Shown here in pieces: positions 13,901-23,158 of a stretch of DNA of 64,000 nucleotides (its first letter is position 1; every line of letters starts with the position of its first letter). This stretch comes from Phoronis australis (taxonomy: Eukaryota; Animalia; Phoronida): NCBI GenBank assembly GCA_002633005.1, contig NMRA01000015.1:852127-916126 (forward strand). The letters are read 5' to 3'. The position numbers were made by a program, and so were the translations under genes. A model generated the notes under the pieces. It had not been told where the DNA came from. It saw nothing but the letters and a program-made list of their open reading frames with translations, and did not search any database.

Positions 13901-16900
13901 AGCAAACCGAATTTTAGAACAAACTTTACCGCTGCGAAAGTATCATCTCCCAGAGATGTCGCAAAATTTTAGGAAATGTCGCGTGCGCGTGTCAGGAGCG
14001 TACTGTTTTCAAAACGACGACAGACTTTTCTTTGTTGCAAAAGGCGGAGGATTATGTATGAAAATGACGTTAATCAGATTTTTTCTTCAACGGCTGCAAC
14101 GGGCAAGGCGAGTGGCGGTTGGCTCCCAGAGTGTGCCACCCCGCCATTAACATAAGCTTCACGACGTGGTGACGAGAAGAAGTGTCCCGGCTGTTTGAAA
14201 TGTCGCAGTGACGGAGCTTAACACACATTTATTCCAGCTGGATTTTGACGAGAGTCTTCATACAGCTAGCTGGTTGGCTGCACTGCGTGTTGAGCTTCGT
14301 TAGTCCCTTGCTTCCCGGTCGCTGTATCTTGAGTCACTGTTGCAAATTCCCGGCGTAACAACAACGCTTCACGGGCATTTTACAGAGCAAAGTGATTTAA
14401 TACCCCTCAAAGAACACAATTATCGATACTATAAATCTGACTTGCACTTTCAATAGCCGTAAAGTACTCGCAACTCACCATACTGACAAATGTACTGAAA
14501 GCTGGTGAACCATTTGGAACAACTGTCGTCCTTCCACTTGAAGTCATCGAGACTTAAGAAGACGCAGTCTTCTTCGGCAAAAACCCCACCACCACTTGGT
14601 TCACCGGTAGCCCAGTTATTGAAACTTCCTCCAAGAATCACGCCTGAGATTATTAATTAATTATCAAAATTATAAAGGGATCTCTGTTCGCACTTACAGC
14701 GTTTTTAGCTAGAACACAAAATACAAGGTTACTTGCTCACAGAGAATGTGTCTCAAACCTCTAAACCTCTCTATACCACGATAATAAACGACATACACTC
14801 CCAACAAATCGACTAGGACATGGACTAAGGGAGGTTCTCTAAAAGGTACCTACCTTAAAAAGGATGTCAAAGCCTTACGAAACCTGGCAGAATCGTTATC
14901 TCATTTCCTTTTGATTGTCGTAATTAGTGGCTGTTATGACACGAAAACTTATGAGACGAATTTGATAAAGTTTTTAATCAGCCTGCTGTAATTTGGTTGT
15001 TAGCCGGCCGTGAATACGCTGAAAATTTGCAAGCTGGGTGTTTGTGGCAGAAAGCGTTCAGTAGTTGTCGTTATTTTTAAAGATTATCAGTGACTTCAGT
15101 TTACCTATTTCCTGTCTATTTCACGTTCTCTGAGTCATATAACTAACTTGCCACATAACGTAAACCCGATAAGTCCAAGTATCAAACCCCCAGAAATTCT
15201 GCTGTGAATTATTACCATTTGCATGTATCAAACGTAAACAATCAGTATTTCAGTGCCGTGCTAATAAAAACATGGCCTCCGAAGAATCGTGTTATCAAAT
15301 GAGTTTGGTCAGACTGCGCATGACGACGCTGATCTGGCGTCACAACCTGGTCAGAATCTACTGGCATATGGATTGTTTCCAGTTACGTCATCAGTACCCG
15401 GAAGTGCGCCATATTGGAAGACAAGTAGAGACGTTTGTTTCGATTTTGCGGCAATAGGATAGGCCCAATAAAGGGGCGTGAAGATTGTTTTTACAGGAAG
15501 CTAGGGTCAAATTTCAGGAATCCAAGAGCTTTGAGTAAGGATGAACCCTTACGACCTTAGGCCTCCTGGCCAAGTGCCTCAGTGAACGAAAGATGCAAAA
15601 GTTTATATAAACATTCCGTACCGTTGGACCACTCCCAACTGTTCTCCGTGTTGCGATCGCTTAAACCAATCCATACTCCACCACTGCTTCCCCAATTTAG
15701 GTTCCTCAAAGTCTGCTCTATAAACTGTTGCGTAGCGTTATCTCTGATAGCCACCAGATGTCCTTCGTGGTACGCGCACGCGGACTCTGCTGCGTTCCAA
15801 TCTGAGGTGGCGTTTTGGAAAAACTCGTAACAGGCGTCATTCAGGATACGGAGAGTGTTACTCAACTGAGAACATCGGCCCAGATTCGCAATAACTAGAA
15901 ACAACAAAAACAGAATGGGGAAGGTTTTTAGCACATTGGCTATGGCCAGCAATGAATTTCGTGAGTCACAGGCGGTATTCACAAGGGCTGTTGCACTCGC
16001 GAGACCAAATATTAGCTCTTTATGCTACTATAGCTAAGCCCTGTGGACATTTTTATCGTGACTTTATCGACTTTTCAAAGGGTTTTGAGAGAGTTCCTCA
16101 CATGCTTTTATGGTATTAATTGGCTTCCATGGTAACATACAAAGTCTTAAACTTGATGTACAGCCAATTACAAATATGTGTCAAGACTCGAGAAATGGTG
16201 ACGGATATTTGACAGTAACAACGGACCCAGATAAAGATTATGATTAGCTCCCTGCTGTTTGTCACGTATTTGAATTAATTTAAAGAACATCTAAACAATG
16301 CCCAAAGTAAAACTGAAAATCATAACAATGAAAATGCATCGGAAGGGAAATCGATATCATATGGGGATGGTATGCTTCTTTTGGTGAGCATAAAAAACTA
16401 TCTGCAAGGAATTTTAAGTTGTCGCTATGGTTATTGCGCTTTTTGGGGTCAGTGTAAATGTAAAAAATATTATTATGATTATTGTTTTGAGAAATGGTGG
16501 CCACTCAGAGCCTTTGAGCAGGGGCATTATAGAAATAATGTAGTAGACTTAGTCTTCCAATGTAAAATCTTGGTATGTTTTAGGGCCAAGTTGGTTTAGT
16601 CAAAAGTTACTAAGCTAACTCACAAATCATTTTTATGAGCGTTATAACTGATGATTTAACTCCATCGACGGGTTCTTTCGTGTCGAGCAATAACCCATTC
16701 AGTGGTGGTTATTCACACTTACCCAAAGAGCGTTAGCTGTCTGAATAACCTTACTGTCAGACGATTGACTGTGGGTTTGTTTAAAAGGTAGCTATGCTTT
16801 GAGATTGTGCGTAGATGGAGAGTGAATAATCAAATCCAGTAATTAATTTATTACATGATAACCCCTAATTAGGCAAATGAAACCTATTGTTGATTAAGTA

Positions 16901-19900
16901 ATCAACTACAAAGAGTAACTGCGCTATCGCCCTCTTAAAATTTTACTTTAATCAAACAACCAAAACCATCAAATGTCTTATCTGCTATCCAAGCTAGGAC
17001 TCTCCACTTGTTGGATGTCTGTCCTGTTGGTGAATCTTCGAACTACACACACTGTATAGGGACAGTGTACTTGCTGGTCACCGTATCTGGTGATGCAACA
17101 CTTGCAGGCAATTTCTTCTACCCGCCATTCTTCTTGCTGGTCACAGTCTCTGGCTGTTGACGCAACACTTCAGGTAATACCTTACTACCCACAATGCAAG
17201 TGACAAGCTCTTAATTAACTTCCTGTTCGTTAACCCTTGCCCTTGCCAAGACCCTTTCTAGAATCATCCACGAGATGGCTCTGTAGTACATTTGCTTCTG
17301 TACACCGCAGTAAGTCTTTATGCTTCAACTTCTATAGCTCATCTAATTATCTTGTTGATTTCAGCCCATAATATATTCATTCTACTTATTTAGTGATTGG
17401 CTAATAAAAACCACATGACCATTTCCACTCATATTATTGGCTGTTACAATTTGTTCTCAGAATATTCTAGAATATCTAGAGTACTTTGACCCCAGAACCC
17501 AAAGTTGTAAACACCATCTAAAAATAGATTTTGACGTTAAAATACATGTCAACAAGTCTGACCTCATGATTTAAAAGTGCATATGCTCAAATTTTGGGCA
17601 ACTTAAAATGGATCTATTCTTACTAATTACTTAATCAATATTTATTCTGACACTTACCTTGAAGACTTGAACTGTTGACAGTGACATTGGTGGCAACTTC
17701 CTTTCGTGTCGACAAAGACGTCATGGCGTGTTTTGTTGATATACCGAGTGTTGTTGGTAAGGTCGGCGAGGAAGTATACTCTGACAAGGTTAAGTTTATC
17801 ATGAATAACTCCAGATAACTCTTAAAGTTTGGCTTATTTCGCTGGAGCATCAGATATCAGATATGACTGGTTGTTAGACAGTTAGAAAATCGTGACAATT
17901 GCTGTAGTTTATGTGACGAAATTTTATCAAGTGACCTGAGCACAAACTTTTGTTTCTTATCTGAGGAAATTGACCATAATATTTGGAATCTCTCAAACGG
18001 CAAACAGGTGGAATTAAGGAGGTTCTATTTGAAATGTTGAAGAACACTACGACCATCCATTGTTCCCCTGTTCGAATTGTTCTTCAATAGAATTCTGGAT
18101 ATAGCTCACTACTGACGGGCCTGTTGTGACGCAAAAAGTGTTCCCATATTTAAACAGAGTCCACCGATGATGAGATCAATTATAAGGTTATCACATTATA
18201 GCCAGGAGTTGGAAAATTTTTAACACATTGGCTGAGGCCAAGAATGAACTTCGTGAGTCACCGGCGGTATTTACAAAGGCTGTTGCACTCGCGATACCAA
18301 ATATTAGTTCTTTACGCTATTTGAAAAGTATATTTCTAAGCCCCGTGGAGTTTTTATCGTGCCTTTGCCGACTTTTAAAAGGGATTTGACAGAGTTCCTC
18401 ACATGCTTTCATGGTATTAATTGACATCCATGGTAACATACAAAGTCTTAAAACTTATGAAAAGCCAATTACAAATATGTGTCAAGACTCGAGGAATGGT
18501 GACGAATATTTAACAGTAACAACGGACCCAGACAAAGTTTATGATTAGCTCCCTGCTGTTTGTAACGTATCTGAATGAATTTAAGGAAGATCTAGACAAT
18601 GCCCAAAGTAAAAATGAAATTTATAACAATGAAAATGCATCGGAAACGAAATCGATTTCATATGGAGATGGTATGGCCGTTTCTTTTGTTGAGCATAAAT
18701 TATTATCTGCAAGGAATTTTATATTGTCGTTATGGTTATTGAGTTTTTGGGGTCAGTGTAAATATAACAAAGACTATTTTGATTATTGTTTTTAGAAAAG
18801 GCGGAAGCTCAGAGCCTATGAGAAGTGGCACTATTGAAATAAAGTAGTAGAAGTAGTCTTCCAATGTACAATTTTGGTATGTTTTTCGGGGCCAAGCTGG
18901 TATAGTCAAAAGTTGCTAAGCCAACTTACAAATCATAACTTTATGAGCGTTATACCTGATGAATTAACTCCATCGACGGGTTCGTTTGTGTCGAGCAATA
19001 ACCCATTCAGTGGTGGCTATTCACACATACCCAAAGAGCGTTCGCTGTCTGAATAACCTTACCTTGAAGACGTGAACTGTTGACAGTGACATTGGTGGCA
19101 ACTTCCTTTCGTGTCGACAAAGACATCATGGCGTGTTTTGTTGATATACCGAGTGTTGTTGGTAAGGTCGGCGAGGAAGTGTACTCTGAAAAGGTTAAGT
19201 TTGTCATGAATAACTCCATATGACTCTTAAAAGTCGGCTTGTTTCGCCGAAGCATAAGATCTCAGATATGACTGGTTGTTAGACAGTTAGAAAATCGTGA
19301 CAATTGCTGTGGTTTATGTGTTGAAAATATATCAAGTGACCTGAGCACAAACTTTTGTTTCTTATCTGAGGAAATTGACCGTAATATTTGGAATTTCTCA
19401 ATTTCCAAACAGGTGGAATTAAGGAGGTTCTATTTGAAATGTTGAAGAACACTACGACCATCCATTGTTCCCCTGTTCGAATTGTTGTTCGATAGAATTC
19501 TGGATATAGCTCACCACTCACTGGCCTGTTGTGACGCAAAAAGTGTTCCCATATTTAAACAGAGTCCACTGAAGTTGAGATCCATTATAAGGGTATCACA
19601 TTATAGCCAGGAGTGGGGAAGATTTTTAAAACATTGGCTGAGGCCAAGAATGAACTTCGTGAGCCACAGGCGGTATTTACAAAGGCTGTTGCACTCGCGA
19701 CACCAAATATTAGCTCTTTACGCTATTTGAAAAATATATTTCTAAGTCCCGTGGACGTTTTTATCGTGCCTTTCCGACTTTTCAAAGGGTTTTGACAGAG
19801 TTCCTTACATTCTTTTATGGTATTAATTGGCATCCATGGTAACATACAAAGTCTTAAAACTTATGTACAGCCAATTACAAATATGTGTCAAGACTCGAGG

Positions 19901-22276
19901 AATGGTGACGAATATTTGACAGTAACAACGGACCCAGACAAAGTTTATGATTAGCTCCCTGCTGTTTGTAACGTCTCTGAATGAATTTAAGGAACATCTA
20001 GACAATGCCCAAAGTAAAAATGAAATTTATAACAATGAAAATGCATCGGAACAGAAATCGATTTCATATGGAGATGGTTTGGTTGTTTTGGTGAGCATAA
20101 GTTATTATCTGCAAGGAATTTTATATTGTCGTTAATGTTATTGAGTTTTTGGGGTCAGTGTAAATATAACAAAGACTATTATGATTATTGTTTTTAGAAA
20201 AGGCGGCAGCTCAGAGCTTATGAGAAGTGGCACTATTGAAATAAAGTAGTAGAAGTAGTCTTCCAATGTACAATTTTGGTATGTTTTTCGGGGCCAAGCT
20301 GGTATAGTCAAAAGTTGCTAAGCCGACTTACAAATCATATCTTTATGAGCGTTAAACCTGATATGATTTAACACCATCGATGGGTTCTTTTGTGTCGAGC
20401 AATGACCCACTCGGTGGTGGCTATTCACACATACCCAAAGAGCGTTCATCGTCTTGATAACCTTACCTTGATGACGTAAACTGTTGACAGTGACATTGGT
20501 GGCCACTTCCTTTCGTATGGACAAAGACGTCATGGCGAGTTCTGTTGATATACCGAGTGCTGTTGGTAAGGTTGGGGAGGAAGTTGACTCTGAAAAGGTT
20601 GAGCTTAAGAGCAGTAACCCCATGAAGGTCTTAAAACTCTGTTTACTTCGCCGGAGCATCAGATCTCAGAAATGGCTGAACTATTGAAATCAAACTTCAC
20701 TTTCAGATACATGATTTATGCACTTCAAAGATTTTTTAATGTTTCACTTTCAAATAGCATATATCGAAAATTAAGATTTTTGATTTCTACGAGAAATCTC
20801 AATCAAAAAAACAAAACAAAAGAATGAATTGTGACATCGTTTAAAATATTTAACAAGAATTTTTAGTTACAATGATGACGATACTAAAAGTACCGTTAGC
20901 ATGTTGTGAAATATGAAAATACACGATAACGTAACTCAATCAATGACAGACCGGTTTCTACTTTAAATTTCGGATATTTTCCATCCTTTATAGCCACCCC
21001 GTGTGTTCTTGACCCCCAGAGGTATGGAGCCATGTTCGCCATAAAAACTGAATAATCCCCACCTTGAGGAGGTGAACTGTTTGTAAAGACATGGGCCGAC
21101 ACTGCTTTCCGTGTGGGCAAAGAAATGCCAGTGAGATTCGTTGATTTTCCGACGGTTGTAGGCAACGTCGGTGAGGGAGCGGATTCTGACAAGGTTGGGG
21201 TAATAAGTAGCATTATGGTTATGTTAAACTTTGGCTAATTACTTCGGTGTATTGTATCTCAGACATGGCTGATCAGATTCACATGGAAGTGAGTTATGCA
21301 CCAATCTCGACCCAAATTTTCACATGCGTGATTCACGCACTTCTCTCCGAAATGCTTTAAAGTGTAACTTGCACTCTAATTACTTATATCTGTGATTGAT
21401 TGGTCAAACCAAAACAAAACATATAGTGACGATATGTATATGAAGAACAACGTTTTGTGGTGAAATTGATTCACCGAAAATCACTGAAGTGTGTCCGGTA
21501 AGTAGTGTGACGTTGTGTTGGGGAGTAGGCCTAACACTGCACGATGTGGGCTGAGTGAGACCGCCGAGGTACGCTAATGAATACAACTGCACTTTGTTTA
21601 GCGTCGTTTAGTTCCTGCTATACATTAGCTTAGTTAGAAGCATGCAAATACATCTTTATGCTGCATAAAGAATAAACCCGAATACTTCTCATCTAAGGAG
21701 CATGTTCTGTCTAATTTACTATCAGCATGATGCCTAAATCAAAAGTTCGCTTCTTGGATGGAACGCGGTTTTAGACCCTATTTTAATGGTCTGTCCATGT
21801 TAAAGCCACCTTTTCGGCCATCTATAATCTTCAAAAGGCAACATCAGTAGCAAGTGAGCCTCAGTTGCATCTTACTAAAACAACACAACAAATTGTGACC
21901 GTAAGGAGACACGGCAAGGTACCCGTGAGGTTTGGGGTTCGACCGATTCGTTTTTCGAGCCCGCGAGTAATCAAGCCTCAGCATTTGCTCCTTTTCATAC
22001 CCCATATAAATCGATCGCATTTCATTTGATGTTCAGTTAAAAGATGCAGTCCAACGTTTGACGCCGTCTAAAGTTCATTGTTGTTCACAAACCATACAAC
22101 GTGGTATTGCCTAGCACAACGTTATTGAATTATCTTACCGTTACTGGACCGTGTACTCTGAACGAGGACTCCTTTAGAAGTACTCGTTCCCTGCATCGTC
22201 ACATTTGCTGTTGACAAGGATTGGTTGACGGGTGAAGACGAGACTTGACCAAACATCATGATGGCTTGGGAGAAAG
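1800..22276 (-). CDS. Multi-domain C-type lectin / mucin-like protein (4 CTLDs separated by Ser/Thr-rich stalks); partial gene model
   Basis: Exons in transcript order: 22139-22276, (21475-21573), 21063-21185, 20467-20589, 19063-19185, 17658-17780, 15622-15894, 14479-14643, 12989-13111, 12088-12444 (contains TGA), 10016-10189, 8396-8539, 7845-8117, 6704-6868, 4143-4442, 3761-4015, 1800-1961. All have AG/GT ends, length divisible by 3 and phase 1-1. CTLD motifs present: CYEF, A..C...GGHL, WIGL.D, EPN/EPS, DCV, W.D..C, ICQY. Confidence 0.8.
2071..2422. mobile_element. Degenerate MITE-like element
   Basis: Inverted ends GCCGTTTACACA (2071) and TGTGTAAACGGC (~2411-2422); internal TGACACGG repeats. 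Confidence 0.35.
3761..4015 (-). CDS. CTLD 4, N-terminal half exon
   Basis: TATAG|GTTCA ... TCCGACG|GTATG; 255 bp; CYEFVSAEMSWVSAEDKCQSNGGHLASV...WIGLNDRTTEELWEWSD. Confidence 0.9.
4143..4442 (-). CDS. Thr/Ser-rich mucin-like stalk exon
   Basis: TTTTAG|AG ... ATGAACG|GTGAGT; 300 bp open frame rich in T and S. Confidence 0.8.
4705..5643 (-). mobile_element. 5'-truncated, degraded non-LTR retrotransposon (CR1/L2-like ORF2 C-terminus and 3' tail)
   Basis: Broken frames read FKWPKLSIRRNLH and LNFDKFRHNFSNVSPNCNCGDQSYPHVFFKC (Cys/His motif typical of the LINE ORF2 end). The 3' end at ~4716-4780 is shared with 11470-11533. Confidence 0.6.
6704..6868 (-). CDS. CTLD 3, C-terminal half exon (EPS / WKD)
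   Basis: CTCAG|GCGTG ... CAGTACG|GTGAG; 165 bp; FNNWATGEPSGGGVFAEEDCVYLSLDDFKWKDDSCSKWFSSFQYICQY. Confidence 0.9.
7845..8117 (-). CDS. CTLD 3, N-terminal half exon
   Basis: TCTAG|TTATT ... TCCAACG|GTACG; 273 bp; CYEFFQNATSDWNAAESACAYHGGHLVAI...WIGLSDRNTENSWEWSN. Confidence 0.88.
8396..8539 (-). CDS. Thr/Ser-rich linker exon
   Basis: CACAG|ATCCA ... CCCACAG|GTAAC; 144 bp; PVKPPTSLKSTATTETWTSASVSPVSNTTKV. Confidence 0.75.
9719..9932. mobile_element. Small MITE
   Basis: Inverted ends ATGGCCGTTAAGGGG and CCCCTAACGGCCCAT; internal GCAAATAATTAC repeats. Confidence 0.5.
10016..10189 (-). CDS. CTLD 2, C-terminal half exon (APS / WQD); not in the ORF track
   Basis: ATTAG|GAGAG ... CAATACG|GTAAG; 174 bp; EELGEGFNNWLTDAPSGDTWFYERDCVQMLTDRNYKWQDQSCQGYLLGVPYPSICQY. 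Confidence 0.88.
11185..11410. repeat. 37-bp minisatellite, ~6 copies
   Basis: Unit TTTAGTTATGTACTTATTACACATTTCTGCCTACACA. Confidence 0.95.
11456..11533 (-). mobile_element. Very short 5'-truncated LINE tail with 16-bp target-site duplication
   Basis: TCAGAAATTGTGGTCA at 11440-11455 and 11534-11549; the insert matches 4716-4780. Confidence 0.65.
12088..12444 (-). CDS. Linker plus CTLD 2 N-terminal half exon; contains an in-frame TGA at 12353-12355
   Basis: TAACAG|AAGGT ... TCTAATG|GTAAG; 357 bp; GVVSSASTPSPKMSIVIETSTKSTHGSTT*VHPICLQKNNTESTRVRNGICYEF...WIGLNDRVTEDHWVWSN. Confidence 0.75.
12989..13111 (-). CDS. 41-codon mucin-like repeat exon (copy 1)
   Basis: TTCAG|AGTAT ... CCCCAAG|GTTAG; YTPSPTLPTTLGISTKHAMTSLSSRKEVATNVTVNGSLPQ. 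Confidence 0.75.
13496..14280. mobile_element. MITE with ~37-bp TIRs and a 4-bp TSD (possibly Academ-type)
   Basis: Left TAGCCAGCCAGCTAGCTGTATGCAGACTGTCGTCAAA, right TTTGACGAGAGTCTTCATACAGCTAGCTGGTTGGCTG; CACT on both flanks (13492-13495, 14281-14284). Confidence 0.75.
14479..14643 (-). CDS. CTLD 1, C-terminal half exon (duplicate of 6704-6868)
   Basis: CTCAG|GCGTG ... CAGTATG|GTGAG; 165 bp; open frame. Confidence 0.85.
15622..15894 (-). CDS. CTLD 1, N-terminal half exon (duplicate of 7845-8117)
   Basis: TCTAG|TTATT ... TCCAACG|GTACG; 273 bp; open frame. Confidence 0.85.
16755..17652. mobile_element. Probable solo LTR (898 bp)
   Basis: TGTCAGA...TCTGACA termini and a 5-bp TSD CTTAC (16750-16754, 17653-17657). 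Absent from the homologous sites of sibling units (19058-19062, 20462-20466). No long ORF. Confidence 0.8.
17658..17780 (-). CDS. 41-codon mucin-like repeat exon (copy 2)
   Basis: GTCAG|AGTAT ... CTTCAAG|GTAAGT; 123 bp. Confidence 0.78.
17960..18600 (+). pseudogene. Fossil non-LTR reverse-transcriptase fragment inside the repeated intron (also ~19370-20005, and split at 13280-13487 / 15913-16300)
   Basis: Frameshifted RT-like motifs across the copies: GK.GGI.EVLFE.LK, LFFNRILDIAH, SVPIFK, EAKNELRE.QA.F, DF.KGFDRVPH, ISSLLFVTYLNE. Confidence 0.65.
19063..19185 (-). CDS. 41-codon mucin-like repeat exon (copy 3)
   Basis: TTCAG|AGTAC ... CTTCAAG|GTAAGG; 123 bp. Confidence 0.78.
20467..20589 (-). 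CDS. 41-codon mucin-like repeat exon (copy 4)
   Basis: TTCAG|AGTCA ... CATCAAG|GTAAGG; 123 bp. Confidence 0.78.
21063..21185 (-). CDS. 41-codon mucin-like repeat exon (diverged, older copy 5)
   Basis: GTCAG|AATCC ... CCTCAAG|GTGGG; SAPSPTLPTTVGKSTNLTGISLPTRKAVSAHVFTNSSPPQ. Confidence 0.72.
21475..21573 (-). CDS. Candidate Thr/Pro-rich exon of the lectin gene
   Basis: CATTAG|CGTAC ... TTCG|GTGAAT; 99 bp, phase 1-1, open (YLGGLTQPTSCSVRPTPQHNVTLLTGHTSVIF). Confidence 0.4.
22139..22276 (-). CDS. 5'-proximal Ser/Thr-rich exon of the lectin gene
   Basis: TTTCTTTAG|CTTTC ... AGTAACG|GTAAG; 138 bp; FSQAIMMFGQVSSSPVNQSLSTANVTMQGTSTSKGVLVQSTRSSN. Confidence 0.65.
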
Positions 22277-22994
22277 CTAAAGAAACTAATGGTGATTAAC
22301 AACATTTTTTCATTGATAAACAGTAATCGTCCAGGTTAAAGCCCAAATGTCTCACTCTAACCCCAAAATTGTTGATGTCCCATGCTCGGTTTAGCGCCCA
22401 CAACTAATTTATACGATCGAGACATCCTGGAAACAGGCAATGTCTTCGTGGGTGACGGTCTCACGAGAATTGTATCTTAGCTCCTAAAACGTTCTTGATA
22501 AATTTTTGATAACTTTTGGCTTCAGCAACACTTTGCCACATTCAAACGCCAAAATCAAATGATTTATTACTGCATTTGTACGCAAAAACAGTGAAGGAAT
22601 TTGTGCGCGCAAATCTACCGTTCAGAGAAAACCAATCCAGGCTTCTCAAAAATGTGTCAATGTTTAAACGCCAATGCTCTGGGCAATCGGACGGTTAGGA
22701 TATCCAGTTCAGCTTAGCAGCACCTCAAAGGCGTTTCTCCAAGTACGCTGGGCATAGCTGCCAGTTTCTAACATGGCTTTCCCCTCAAACAAAAAATTAC
22801 CGATTTTGGGTGGAAAAATACCTGGCTACCAAGGCAACAGTGCGTATTTCAGCTTCAAACATAAAATTGCTGATTTTGGCCGGCTGACCACTTGCTTTCG
22901 CCACTTTTATAGCTCTGTTGTGTCAGGTTATAGCGTTATTTTTCTGACGTCATATACTGTGTACTGTTTACCTAAGTAAAGAAGAACTTTTCAG

Positions 22995-23158
22995 CAGTGG
23001 CGGATTTAGAGGGGCGCCAAGGGGGTCGGAGGCCGTGGCCCCCTAAAATTTTTTCAGATTCCATTTGGCAGTTGGGGGTGCGAATGTCTGGCGGGCAAAA
23101 TACTGGCTAATACTCTGCCCTGCCTCCCCCCAAACTCAAATTTCTGGATCCGCCCCTG
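22995..23158. mobile_element. Short MITE (same family as 51834-52004)
   Basis: TIRs CAGTGGCGGAT and ATCCGCCCCTG; the interior aligns with 51834-52004. Confidence 0.7.

Larger units (their letters stand above)
14319..15912. repeat. Segmental duplication copy B (CTLD cassette inserted in the mucin array)
   Basis: Near-identical to 6544-8135. Confidence 0.9.
12960..20675. repeat. Tandem array of a ~1405-bp unit (123-bp mucin exon plus intron with RT fossil); first unit interrupted by insertions
   Basis: Exon ends at 17658, 19063 and 20467 give periods of 1405 and 1404. Homologous unit pieces lie at 12960-13487 and 15913-16754. Confidence 0.85.
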
